Assembly: GCA_943329665.2 (NCBI GenBank)
Contig: CALQEU020000009.1
Coordinates: forward strand, 19,489-83,488
DNA: 64,000 nucleotides
Source of the DNA: Bifidobacterium breve
GTDB taxonomy: Bacteria > Bacteroidota > Bacteroidia > AKYH767-A > OLB10
Direction: 5' to 3'
Every line of letters begins with the position of its first letter. Positions within the stretch are counted from its first letter, which is position 1. Of this stretch, positions 57,060 to 64,000 are shown in pieces. The translations under genes were made by a program, and so were the position numbers. Under the pieces are notes generated by a model. It saw only the letters and a list, made by a program, of their open reading frames with translations, was not told the DNA's origin and made no database searches.

Positions 57060-58139
57060 ATGAAGAAATCGAATTGGAGATGGATGAAATATGTGGTGGC
57101 ATTAGTCATTCCCATTCAAACTATTTGGGGGATTGAAGTTGGCGGTTGGCAGCTATTTTCACCTCTTATATTGGCTTTTTTGATCATTCCACTTCTTGAA
57201 CTTTTGCTACCTGCCGACCATTCGAATTTGGATGCACTTCAGTCAGAATTAGAAGGGAAGAATCCTCTTTATGATGGTCTCATTTATTTGATGGTCCCCT
57301 TGCAATATTTTACGCTGTCGCTTTTTTTGTGGAAGATAGGCGAACCCAATCATTCAAGCTTGGAGAAAATTGTGATGATAAGTGCCATGGGATTGAATTG
57401 TGGAATTATTGGAATTAATGTCGCGCATGAACTCGGACATCGCTCCACCAAATTCGAGATTTTGCTGGCGAAATTCTTATTGTTGTCTTCTTTATATCTG
57501 CACTTTTATATTGAACATAATCGAGGCCATCACAAACGAGTTGGAACACACGATGATCCTGCCAGCGCGCGATATGGGGAGAGTTTATACGCTTTCTTAA
57601 TTCGAAGTATTGTGCTATCCTATTTTTCAGCATGGCAGTTGGAAGTAAATCGACTTAATAAACAAAATCAATCGCCCTTTTCAATGAATAATCAAATGAT
57701 CCATTTTGGAGTCATTCAACTAGTACTCCTTATTGCTATTTTTTATTTTTTCGGATGGATGGTTATGGGATATTTTATGATAGCTTCCTTTTTAGGTATC
57801 GCACTTCTTGAATCTGTAAATTATATTGAACATTATGGTATCGGAAGAAGGCCAAGGGAAGATGGTTCTTTCGAAAAAGTAATGCATTGTCATTCTTGGA
57901 ATTCGAATCATGTGTTAGGTCGATTGGCTCTCTTTGAATTATCTCGCCATAGCGATCATCATTATAAAGCAAGTAAGAAGTACCAACTTTTAAATCACCA
58001 CGAAGAAAGTCCGCAAATGCCTACTGGATATCCTGGAATGATTATATTGGCTCTTATTCCACCCTTATGGTTTAAAGTGATGCATCCCCTCTTAGAAAAA
58101 GAAATGCAACGCATGCCTGAAATGGTGAAGGCAGAGTAG
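57060..58139 (+). CDS. alkB: Alkane 1-monooxygenase / membrane fatty-acid-desaturase family (AlkB-like)
   Basis: His boxes HELGHR, EHNRGHH and LSRHSDHH, plus the AlkB-specific NYIEHYG. Confidence 0.87.
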   Translation: MKKSNWRWMKYVVALVIPIQTIWGIEVGGWQLFSPLILAFLIIPLLELLLPADHSNLDALQSELEGKNPLYDGLIYLMVPLQYFTLSLFLWKIGEPNHSSLEKIVMISAMGLNCGIIGINVAHELGHRSTKFEILLAKFLLLSSLYLHFYIEHNRGHHKRVGTHDDPASARYGESLYAFLIRSIVLSYFSAWQLEVNRLNKQNQSPFSMNNQMIHFGVIQLVLLIAIFYFFGWMVMGYFMIASFLGIALLESVNYIEHYGIGRRPREDGSFEKVMHCHSWNSNHVLGRLALFELSRHSDHHYKASKKYQLLNHHEESPQMPTGYPGMIILALIPPLWFKVMHPLLEKEMQRMPEMVKAE

Positions 58140-58144
58140 AAGTG

Positions 58145-58224
58145 TAGGAGAGTAGGAGAGTAGGAGAGTCGGAGAGTAGGAGAGTAGGAGAGTAGGAGAG
58201 TCGGAGAGTCGGAGAGTTGGAGAG
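58145..58224. repeat. 8-nt tandem repeat T(A/C/T)GGAGAG x10
   Basis: Units start at 58145, 58153, 58161, 58169, 58177, 58185, 58193, 58201, 58209 and 58217. The array begins 6 nt after the alkB stop codon. Confidence 0.9.
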
Positions 58225-58417
58225 CCTTTGCGTTTTCTTCGGTTTCGGCGAGAAATTTAGCGATAAACTTCACAGCAAAAACTTTGCGGCTCTGCGCCTT
58301 TGCGAGAAATTTAGCATAGCGAAGCCTTTATCAGATTGAGAAATAATTCAAGAGCGAATCTTATCGCTAAGCCTCGCGACCGAAATCAGTCTTATCGAGA
58401 AAATTTAAGGACTTAAA

Positions 58418-58729
58418 CTAGGATTCAATCATTTTAGGAGAATGAATACTTTCTACCAGCGAAAAAACTTGTGGTGAGTTCGCAAACAATGGTTTTACTT
58501 TACTCCATGTCGACATAAATAAATCTGATTTTCTGTAATTTTCTAAATCATCCATCGACTCCCATTCGCTATGCGTATAGAAAGCAGAATCGTCTGAAAA
58601 ATCATTGAAGAGACTTAATTTTTTACATCCAGGAAAAGATAAAATTAGTGCTTTTGACTCATCAAATGCATTGATAAAATCAACCACATTTTCTTTCTTA
58701 AAACTTAAGCGAACAATTCGTGTAATCAT
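58418..58729 (-). CDS. ABM (antibiotic biosynthesis monooxygenase)-like small protein
   Basis: 103 aa with a ferredoxin-like ABM pattern (IVRLSFKKENVVDF...YTHSEWESMDDLENYRKSDLF). Confidence 0.68.
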   Translation of the reverse strand: MITRIVRLSFKKENVVDFINAFDESKALILSFPGCKKLSLFNDFSDDSAFYTHSEWESMDDLENYRKSDLFMSTWSKVKPLFANSPQVFSLVESIHSPKMIES

Positions 58730-59520
58730 TTAAATTCAATTCTAATATTATCATTCAAACGCAAGTTCATCAGCTTATACGCATTCTCTTCATTAATGGC
58801 GATTTCAAGGTGACCAGCTGCATTAAATAGAGCTAATGCCGAACCCGAATCCACTGACATATATCGATCGCTAATCGCATCTATTGTATGTTGGTTTTTA
58901 CGCATCACCACTTCAAATTTTCGACCTTTACGTTGCTTTTCAAACAAGGCTTGAGTGATGTTAGTAACGATGTTTCCAAAGTCATCTATGTAAATCACAA
59001 TACCATGAATTAATTCATCTTCAATGGTAGGATTAAATGCCGAACGCTCCACAAATTGAATAGGCCGTGGACCTAACTCATATAAATTTTTTCCCGTGAG
59101 TAAATGTTTGGCGCTATTTACTAATGTGGGTAAATCAAACAAATGTTTAGATCCATCAGCAATAGTAATTTTTACCATATCGATCGGAGCATCATCAAAC
59201 ACCAAACTGAAAAATCCATCGTTCACACCAATAAATATATACCCGTCCTTTTTAATTGCAATTAACTCTGAAGGATAGCGAAGTTGCTTATGAACTCCAA
59301 TAAAATGTAGTGTACCTGCAGGGTAATTTGAATAGGCGTTTTTAAAAATATAAGCGGCCTGCTGTATGTTATGACGAGCCACTTGATGCGAAATATCAAT
59401 AAATTGTAAATCAGACTGAAAAGAAAGGAGCATTCCTTTAATAGCGCCAATATGATAATCTCGCGTACCCCAATCGGTTGTAAATGTTATTATTCCCATC
59501 AATTCCTCAAAAATATCCAA
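58726..59520 (-). CDS. SAM hydrolase / SAM-dependent halogenase family protein (DUF62)
   Basis: 264 aa. N-terminal ITFTTDWGTRDYHIGAIKG and C-terminal beta-barrel, as in DUF62. It overlaps the downstream ABM gene by 4 nt. Confidence 0.8.
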   Translation of the reverse strand: MDIFEELMGIITFTTDWGTRDYHIGAIKGMLLSFQSDLQFIDISHQVARHNIQQAAYIFKNAYSNYPAGTLHFIGVHKQLRYPSELIAIKKDGYIFIGVNDGFFSLVFDDAPIDMVKITIADGSKHLFDLPTLVNSAKHLLTGKNLYELGPRPIQFVERSAFNPTIEDELIHGIVIYIDDFGNIVTNITQALFEKQRKGRKFEVVMRKNQHTIDAISDRYMSVDSGSALALFNAAGHLEIAINEENAYKLMNLRLNDNIRIEFK

Positions 59521-59584
59521 TTAAATTACTAAATCAATAAAATTAATCTAGCAAAATAGATTTATTTTTTAGATTTTTGTAGAT

Positions 59585-59875
59585 ATGAGACCCACCAACG
59601 AGAATTCGCTAGGAGATGTGATTAAGGATATGCTTCGAAAATATGAACTTGAGAATGGCTTATGGAATGCAAAAATAAGAGACGCATGGGATAAATGTGT
59701 AGCTAAACCCATAGTACAACGTACAGTAAGCTTGAGGTTTATGGAAGGAACACTGACAGTAAATTTAAATTCTTCGGTGGTAAGAAATGAATTGGAGTTG
59801 TTAAAGACAGATATCATCACTACATTAAATTCTGAATTGAATCAAGAAGTAATTTCTGAAATAAAATTTTTCTAG
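59585..59875 (+). CDS. DUF721 (DciA-like) protein
   Basis: 96 aa. The pattern LGDVIKDML...W..CV...I...T....F.EGTLTVNLNSSVVRNEL matches DUF721. Confidence 0.72.
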   Translation: MRPTNENSLGDVIKDMLRKYELENGLWNAKIRDAWDKCVAKPIVQRTVSLRFMEGTLTVNLNSSVVRNELELLKTDIITTLNSELNQEVISEIKFF

Positions 59876-59876
59876 G

Positions 59877-59993
59877 ATGAGAAAACAAGCCAAAGGTCAC
59901 GGATACTCACTATTTGAAAAGGTAGTTTTAACAGCATTGCTCTTTTTTTTCTTAAGTATGCTATTTATGTTTTTCGTTTTACCTCGTATCTAA
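59877..59993 (+). CDS. Possible 38-aa membrane peptide
   Basis: ATG at 59877 directly after the DUF721 stop codon (TAGGATGA). It encodes MRKQAKGHGYSLFEKVVLTALLFFFLSMLFMFFVLPRI and is followed by a terminator. No homology evidence. Confidence 0.3.
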   Translation: MRKQAKGHGYSLFEKVVLTALLFFFLSMLFMFFVLPRI

Positions 59994-60026
59994 AAAAGAA
60001 AACCCCGGAAATCTCCGAGGTTTTCA
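59994..60026. terminator. Bidirectional terminator between the DUF721 operon and ndk
   Basis: AAACCCCGG (60001-60009) / CCGAGGTTT (60016-60024) with one mismatch, flanked by an A run and a T run. Confidence 0.55.
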
Positions 60027-60047
60027 ATTGGGCATGTATAGTTCGAC

Positions 60048-60467
60048 TTAGAATCGTTCTAACATAGAGAAGAAAAAGTTTCCTTCAATGGCTGCGTTTT
60101 CATCGCTATCCGATCCATGAACGGCGTTTGCTTCAATAGACTTAGCATATAAATTACGAATAGTACCTTTTTCAGCTTTCGTTGGATCTGTAGCTCCAAT
60201 TACATTTCTGAAATCTTCCACCGCATTTTCTTTTTCAAGAATTACGGCAACGATAGGCCCTGACGACATATATTTTACTAAATCATTGTAGAAGGGACGT
60301 GCACTGTGCACGGCATAAAACTCACCTGCTCTCTCAGTGGTAAGGCGTGTATACTTCATAGCAATAATTGTAAATCCTGCTTGTGTGATGTGATTTAAAA
60401 TAGCTCCAATATGGCCATTTTGAACCCCATCGGGCTTAATCATCGTAAATGTTCTGTTTGTGCTCAT
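60048..60467 (-). CDS. ndk: Nucleoside diphosphate kinase
   Basis: 139 aa. Contains [11 protein letters not shown] and the NAVHGSDS active-site His. Confidence 0.95.
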   Translation of the reverse strand: MSTNRTFTMIKPDGVQNGHIGAILNHITQAGFTIIAMKYTRLTTERAGEFYAVHSARPFYNDLVKYMSSGPIVAVILEKENAVEDFRNVIGATDPTKAEKGTIRNLYAKSIEANAVHGSDSDENAAIEGNFFFSMLERF

Positions 60468-60527
60468 GGTTATTTTTTATTTGTCTTTTTGCGAGTGCAA
60501 AGGTAATTGGATTAATTTTGATCTGGA

Positions 60528-61574
60528 ATGTCAAATTATGAATTTAATACCCAAGATAGAAAGTCGATAAAAGACTTTTTTTCTACTCCTAAAGAGGTGG
60601 TAATCACCACTCACCATAAACCAGATGGCGATGCCTTGGGTTCATCATTGGGATTATTGCACATCTTACAAGCCCAAGGTCACCGTGTAACTGTAGTAGT
60701 ACCAAGCGAATTTCCCGCATTTTTGAATTGGATGAAGGGCAGTAAAGATGTGATCGATTTTATCCGGAATCCCAAAGGAGCCAAAGAACATCTCGCAAAA
60801 GCAGAAGTGGTTTTTTGTTTGGATTTTAATGATCCTTCACGCGTAGAGAAAATGCAAGCGGATCTCAATAATGTGAAAGCAACCATGATTTTGATCGATC
60901 ATCACCTTGATCCTAAAAAAGGATTTTGTGATTTTCAGTTTTCATTTCCTTCAATTGGTTCCACCGCTGAACTATTAGTTCATATTATGATGGATTTTGG
61001 TTGGGATGAGCATCTAAATAGAGATAGTGCTGAATGTTTATATACCGGAATCATGACCGATACAGGCAGCTTTCGTTTTAATTCGGTAAGCGATCAAACA
61101 CATCTTGTCATTGCTCGATTAATGAAAGAAGGTGTTCGCAATGATCGTATACATGAATTGATTTATGATACCAACTCCTTTATACGTACCAAATTTTTGG
61201 GGTATACGCTGAGTGAAAAAATGCTACAAATAGAAGAATACAATGTCGTAATTTTTACTGCTTCACAGTCTGACATGGACCGATTTAATCACGAGCCAGG
61301 TGATTTAGAAGGCATCGTGAATTTCGGCTTGAGCATTAAAAACATGAAAGTGGCGGTACTCTTTAGTGAACGCGATGGACTTGTGAAAATATCATTCCGA
61401 TCGAAAGGATTATTTTCAGTGAAAGACATTGCTGAAAAATATTTTGAAGGCGGTGGACATAAAAACGCAGCTGGCGGACGTTCTAAATTAAATTTAGAGG
61501 ATACCGTGAAAAAGTTTGTAGAGCTGCTACCATTGTATAAAAAAGAATTGCAAACGGTAAGAGAGAATGAATAA
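60528..61574 (+). CDS. nrnA: DHH/DHHA1 phosphoesterase (NrnA-like oligoribonuclease / pAp phosphatase)
   Basis: 348 aa. Contains HHKPDGDALGS, LIDHH and GGGHKNAAGG. Confidence 0.87.
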   Translation: MSNYEFNTQDRKSIKDFFSTPKEVVITTHHKPDGDALGSSLGLLHILQAQGHRVTVVVPSEFPAFLNWMKGSKDVIDFIRNPKGAKEHLAKAEVVFCLDFNDPSRVEKMQADLNNVKATMILIDHHLDPKKGFCDFQFSFPSIGSTAELLVHIMMDFGWDEHLNRDSAECLYTGIMTDTGSFRFNSVSDQTHLVIARLMKEGVRNDRIHELIYDTNSFIRTKFLGYTLSEKMLQIEEYNVVIFTASQSDMDRFNHEPGDLEGIVNFGLSIKNMKVAVLFSERDGLVKISFRSKGLFSVKDIAEKYFEGGGHKNAAGGRSKLNLEDTVKKFVELLPLYKKELQTVRENE

Positions 61575-62112
61575 TCCAACTCATTTACTTTTAATACTGA
61601 TTTTGTTTGGCGCAAATTCATGTGGTCCTTCAACAACGGAGAGGGAAACAATGGCTACACAGCAACCCAATTCACAAGAACTAAAAGAATCTTTGATTCA
61701 ACAAAATCGCCAGTTAATTGCAGAAGAAATTGAAATAATTGATGCCTATGTAGAGCGACATGGATTAAAATTAGACACTACATCTACAGGATTACGTTAT
61801 AAAATTTTAGAGAAAACAGACGGAAGGGAAGTGCGGTTGATGAAAGATGTGACGCTTAGTTACACGGCTTCGTTGTTGAATGGCAATCTTTGTTATTCAA
61901 GCGACACCAGTGGGCAATTAAGTTTTACCATTGGACAGTCCAATCAACCCAGTGGGTTGCAAGAAGGAATTTTAAAAATGAGACAAGGAGAAAAAGCTAT
62001 TTTCATTGTACCTTCTTATTTAGGATATGGAATTACGGGAGATGGACTATGTATTCCTGGAAGTACATCCATACTTTATAGAGTAGAACTAGAAAAAGTA
62101 AGTCAACAATAA
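61567..62112 (+). CDS. FKBP-type peptidyl-prolyl cis-trans isomerase (lipoprotein-like)
   Basis: 181 aa. N-terminal LILILFGANSC and a C-terminal FKBP domain (GLQEGILKMRQGEKAIFIVPSYLGYG). Confidence 0.85.
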   Translation: MNNPTHLLLILILFGANSCGPSTTERETMATQQPNSQELKESLIQQNRQLIAEEIEIIDAYVERHGLKLDTTSTGLRYKILEKTDGREVRLMKDVTLSYTASLLNGNLCYSSDTSGQLSFTIGQSNQPSGLQEGILKMRQGEKAIFIVPSYLGYGITGDGLCIPGSTSILYRVELEKVSQQ

Positions 62113-62114
62113 AT

Positions 62115-62984
62115 ATGAAAAAAATATTAATTTGGGTAATTAGTTTTGTAACGATGGGTATTGGATTATTTTCCATTTCATCTTGCAATAAAGATGGTTT
62201 TTCCATTACGCCGTCGGGATTGCGTTATGAGTTAATAGAACAGAAGGAAGGAAGAAAACCAGTGATAGGGGATATGATGCGCATGCAACTTATCTATAAA
62301 GATAAAAACGGAAAAGAAATTTACAATTCGGCCGAACTGGGCGAAGCCTTTGTTTTAGAATTGACAAAACCCACCTTTGTTGGTGGATTAGAAGAAGGAT
62401 TTGCCATGATGTCGGAAGGTGATTCTGCCATTTTCTTAGTCAATGCTGACTCCGTATTTGATAAAACCTTTAAGCAACCTTTACCTGCCAATATTGAGTC
62501 ACAAGACATGCTTCGATTTGAAGTTCGTTTAAAAAAAGTACTGACGGCTACCGAATACAGAAACGAATCGAAGCACAATTCTGAATACAGCCAGGTCGAA
62601 GAATTACGACAGATAGAATTGTACATGGGCGACAATGAAATTTCAGTTCAACCTGCAAAGCCTGGCGTATATTTCATTGTTTTCAAAGCTGGAAAAGGAG
62701 AGCGACCTCGCCCGGGCGATCAAGTAGAAATCAAATACACAGGAAGTTTTTTAAGCGGCGAAATGTTTGATGCTTCTGGAATAAACGGTAAAAATTTAAT
62801 TTATAGTCTAGGGGACGGAACGCATTTGACCGCTTGGGAAGAAGCCATTTCTACTATGCAGCCTGGTGGTGTTGCACGACTTATTTTAACTTCCAACAAC
62901 GCCTATGGAATCGCAGGACTTGATCCAATTCCACCGAATACACCAATTATTTTCGATATTGAATTAGTTCGTTCGGGATTTTAG
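62115..62984 (+). CDS. FKBP-type peptidyl-prolyl cis-trans isomerase, two FKBP domains
   Basis: 289 aa with a lipobox-like SISSC and two FKBP cores (GLEEGFAMMSEGDSAIFLV; AWEEAISTMQPGGVARLILTSNNAYG). Confidence 0.85.
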   Translation: MKKILIWVISFVTMGIGLFSISSCNKDGFSITPSGLRYELIEQKEGRKPVIGDMMRMQLIYKDKNGKEIYNSAELGEAFVLELTKPTFVGGLEEGFAMMSEGDSAIFLVNADSVFDKTFKQPLPANIESQDMLRFEVRLKKVLTATEYRNESKHNSEYSQVEELRQIELYMGDNEISVQPAKPGVYFIVFKAGKGERPRPGDQVEIKYTGSFLSGEMFDASGINGKNLIYSLGDGTHLTAWEEAISTMQPGGVARLILTSNNAYGIAGLDPIPPNTPIIFDIELVRSGF

Positions 62985-63097
62985 CAACGAGGCTTCGCGA
63001 TTAATTGTTAGTTGTTAGATTTTGGATGTAGGATTTCTGAAGTTTGATGTTTGAAACCTGATTTTAGAGGTTAGAGTTCCAATATCTAATCGCAAAA

Positions 63098-63159
63098 GCT
63101 AACGACCAACACCTGTCCAAAAGTACTGCGGTCGCTAAGCTAACGACCAACACCTGTCC
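63098..63159. repeat. Direct repeat of the 21-mer GCTAACGACCAACACCTGTCC (x2, 41-nt period)
   Basis: Exact copies at 63098-63118 and 63139-63159. Confidence 0.85.
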
Positions 63160-63213
63160 CGCTGAACTGAGGGATCTGCAAGCATCCAATTTCTAACATC
63201 TTACAATAGTGCA

Positions 63214-63240
63214 TAAAAAAAGCCTCTGCACGCAGAGGCT
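63214..63240 (-). terminator. Rho-independent terminator of the H1-like gene
   Basis: AGCCTCTGC (63221-63229) / GCAGAGGCT (63232-63240). On the minus strand it is followed by T7 (plus-strand A run 63214-63220). Confidence 0.7.
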
Positions 63241-63263
63241 TTTCTGTTAACCCAAGAAGATAA

Positions 63264-63692
63264 TTATTTCTTCTTGGAAGCTTTTCTAGCTGATTTTTTA
63301 GCTGCTTTTCTTGGAGCTGCTTTCTTAGCTGCTTTTCTTGGAGCTGCTTTCTTAGCTGCTGCTTTTCTTGGAGCTGCTTTTCTAGCAGTTTTCTTAGCTG
63401 CTTTCTTAGCTGCTTTTCTTGGAGCTGCTTTTCTTGTAGCTTTTTTAGCTGCTTTCTTAGCTGCTTTTCTTGGAGCTGCTTTTCTTGTAGCTTTTTTAGC
63501 TGCTTTCTTAGCTGCTTTTCTTGGAGCTGCTTTTTTAGCTGCTTTCTTTGGTGACTTCTTAGCTGCTTTCTTAGCTGCTTTCTTTTTAGGAGCAGCCATA
63601 GCATCAACGTTAGTCATTTTGAAACCGATTACGCGAGTAGCGCCGGCTGCACTTGGTGTAGTGCTTGTTTTCATTTCCATTTTTTGTTTCAT
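63264..63692 (-). CDS. Lys/Ala-rich histone-H1-like nucleoid protein
   Basis: 142 aa. After a ~35-aa N-terminus the protein is almost entirely AAKKAAKKA(T/P)RKAAPRK repeats. It has an ATG start and a strong terminator. The two other long ORFs in this interval are alternative frames of the same repeat. Confidence 0.75.
   Translation of the reverse strand: MKQKMEMKTSTTPSAAGATRVIGFKMTNVDAMAAPKKKAAKKAAKKSPKKAAKKAAPRKAAKKAAKKATRKAAPRKAAKKAAKKATRKAAPRKAAKKAAKKTARKAAPRKAAAKKAAPRKAAKKAAPRKAAKKSARKASKKK
63400..63501. repeat. Exact 51-nt tandem duplication inside the H1-like gene (17-aa unit)
   Basis: 63400-63450 equals 63451-63501. Degenerate copies extend across roughly 63290-63590. Confidence 0.85.
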
Positions 63693-63886
63693 GATGATTT
63701 TGTTTTTGAATTGGGTTAACGATTATTTGATGTGGTTATACTATTATTATTAATTTTTTGTTACATATTCTGTAACCTTTTTCCATCTGACACTTTTCAC
63801 CTAACATCTTCTCATCAATTCCAACGACATGGTGCAATACTTTTCTTCGTCAAGGTTTAGTTTATTTGAGTCACTATTTTATCTAC

Positions 63887-64000
63887 GTTATACTTTCCAG
63901 CTTTTAAATTTTCATGTATATCTTTAAATGCACTGATTGTATAATTTACATCTTCTATGGTATGTACGGCAGTTGGAATTAACCGCAGCAATATTACACC
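63887..64000 (-). CDS. C-terminal fragment of a PLP-dependent alpha-oxoamine synthase (Kbl/BioF/Spt family); gene continues beyond the window
   Basis: My translation gives ...GVILLRLIPTAVHTIEDVNYTISAFKDIHENLKGWKV*. The R.IPTA.HT..D....I.AF pattern is the typical C-terminus of this family. Stop codon at 63887-63889. Confidence 0.5.

Noticed and set aside
57995-58273. 92-aa minus-strand ORF (…SDSPTLLLSYSPTLRLSYSPTLL…)
   Set aside because: It is generated purely by the 8-nt tandem repeat downstream of alkB and overlaps the alkB 3' end. It is not a gene.
63140-63753. Two additional long ORFs (63140..63607 minus, 155 aa, QLRKQL-rich; 63274..63753 plus, 159 aa, FLAAFLGAA-rich) overlapping the H1-like gene
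   Set aside because: They are alternative-frame and opposite-strand readings of the same low-complexity tandem repeat. Only the K/A-rich frame has a sensible ATG, a non-repetitive N-terminus and a matching terminator.

Overview
AT-rich chromosomal segment, almost certainly from a member of the Bacteroidota. Supporting signs are three secreted proteins with T9SS-type C-terminal sorting domains, a fused ccoN-ccoO gene, a GH3-family gene, DUF3822/DUF721/DUF4920-like genes, and TAnnTTTG '-7' promoter boxes close to start codons. Most of the window is dense housekeeping and metabolism: dapA, ligA, kup, a GH57 plus glycosyltransferase alpha-glucan pair, dnaX, coaD, rsmD, ndk, nrnA, two FKBP isomerases, paaZ, a crotonase, HMG-CoA lyase, hbd and alkB. 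I saw no rRNA, tRNA, CRISPR array, prophage or intact mobile element. The only decay product is a short DUF1016/YhcG-like nuclease remnant. The centre of the window (36.8-45.3 kb) is a complete cbb3-type cytochrome oxidase and maturation cluster: ccoI, ccoS, ccoNO, a ccoQ-like small ORF missing from the ORF track, ccoP, ccoG, fixH and a TauE/DsbD_2-like gene. Right next to it is the most interesting candidate system. It is a cytoplasmic PAS histidine kinase whose PAS core lines up, with identical spacing, with the heme-binding region of rhizobial FixL. It forms an operon with a response regulator that fuses a receiver domain to a Crp/Fnr-type effector domain. FNR/FixK-like palindromes (TTGAC-N4-GTCA) sit at matching distances upstream of ccoI, a divergent unknown gene and ccoS-ccoNO. 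This looks like a compressed FixL-FixJ-FixK oxygen circuit, but that is inference and untested. Other notable points: an A9 slippery run in dnaX with stop codons in both alternative frames; a near-perfect 159/160-bp tandem duplication covering the promoter and first codons of hbd; two repeat-filled intergenic islands (23.5-24.1 kb and an ~840-bp ORF-free stretch at 27.7-28.5 kb); several families of short interspersed palindromes and microsatellite-like arrays; a 696-aa coiled-coil protein with DS[LI] repeats; and a Lys/Ala-rich histone-H1-like protein.
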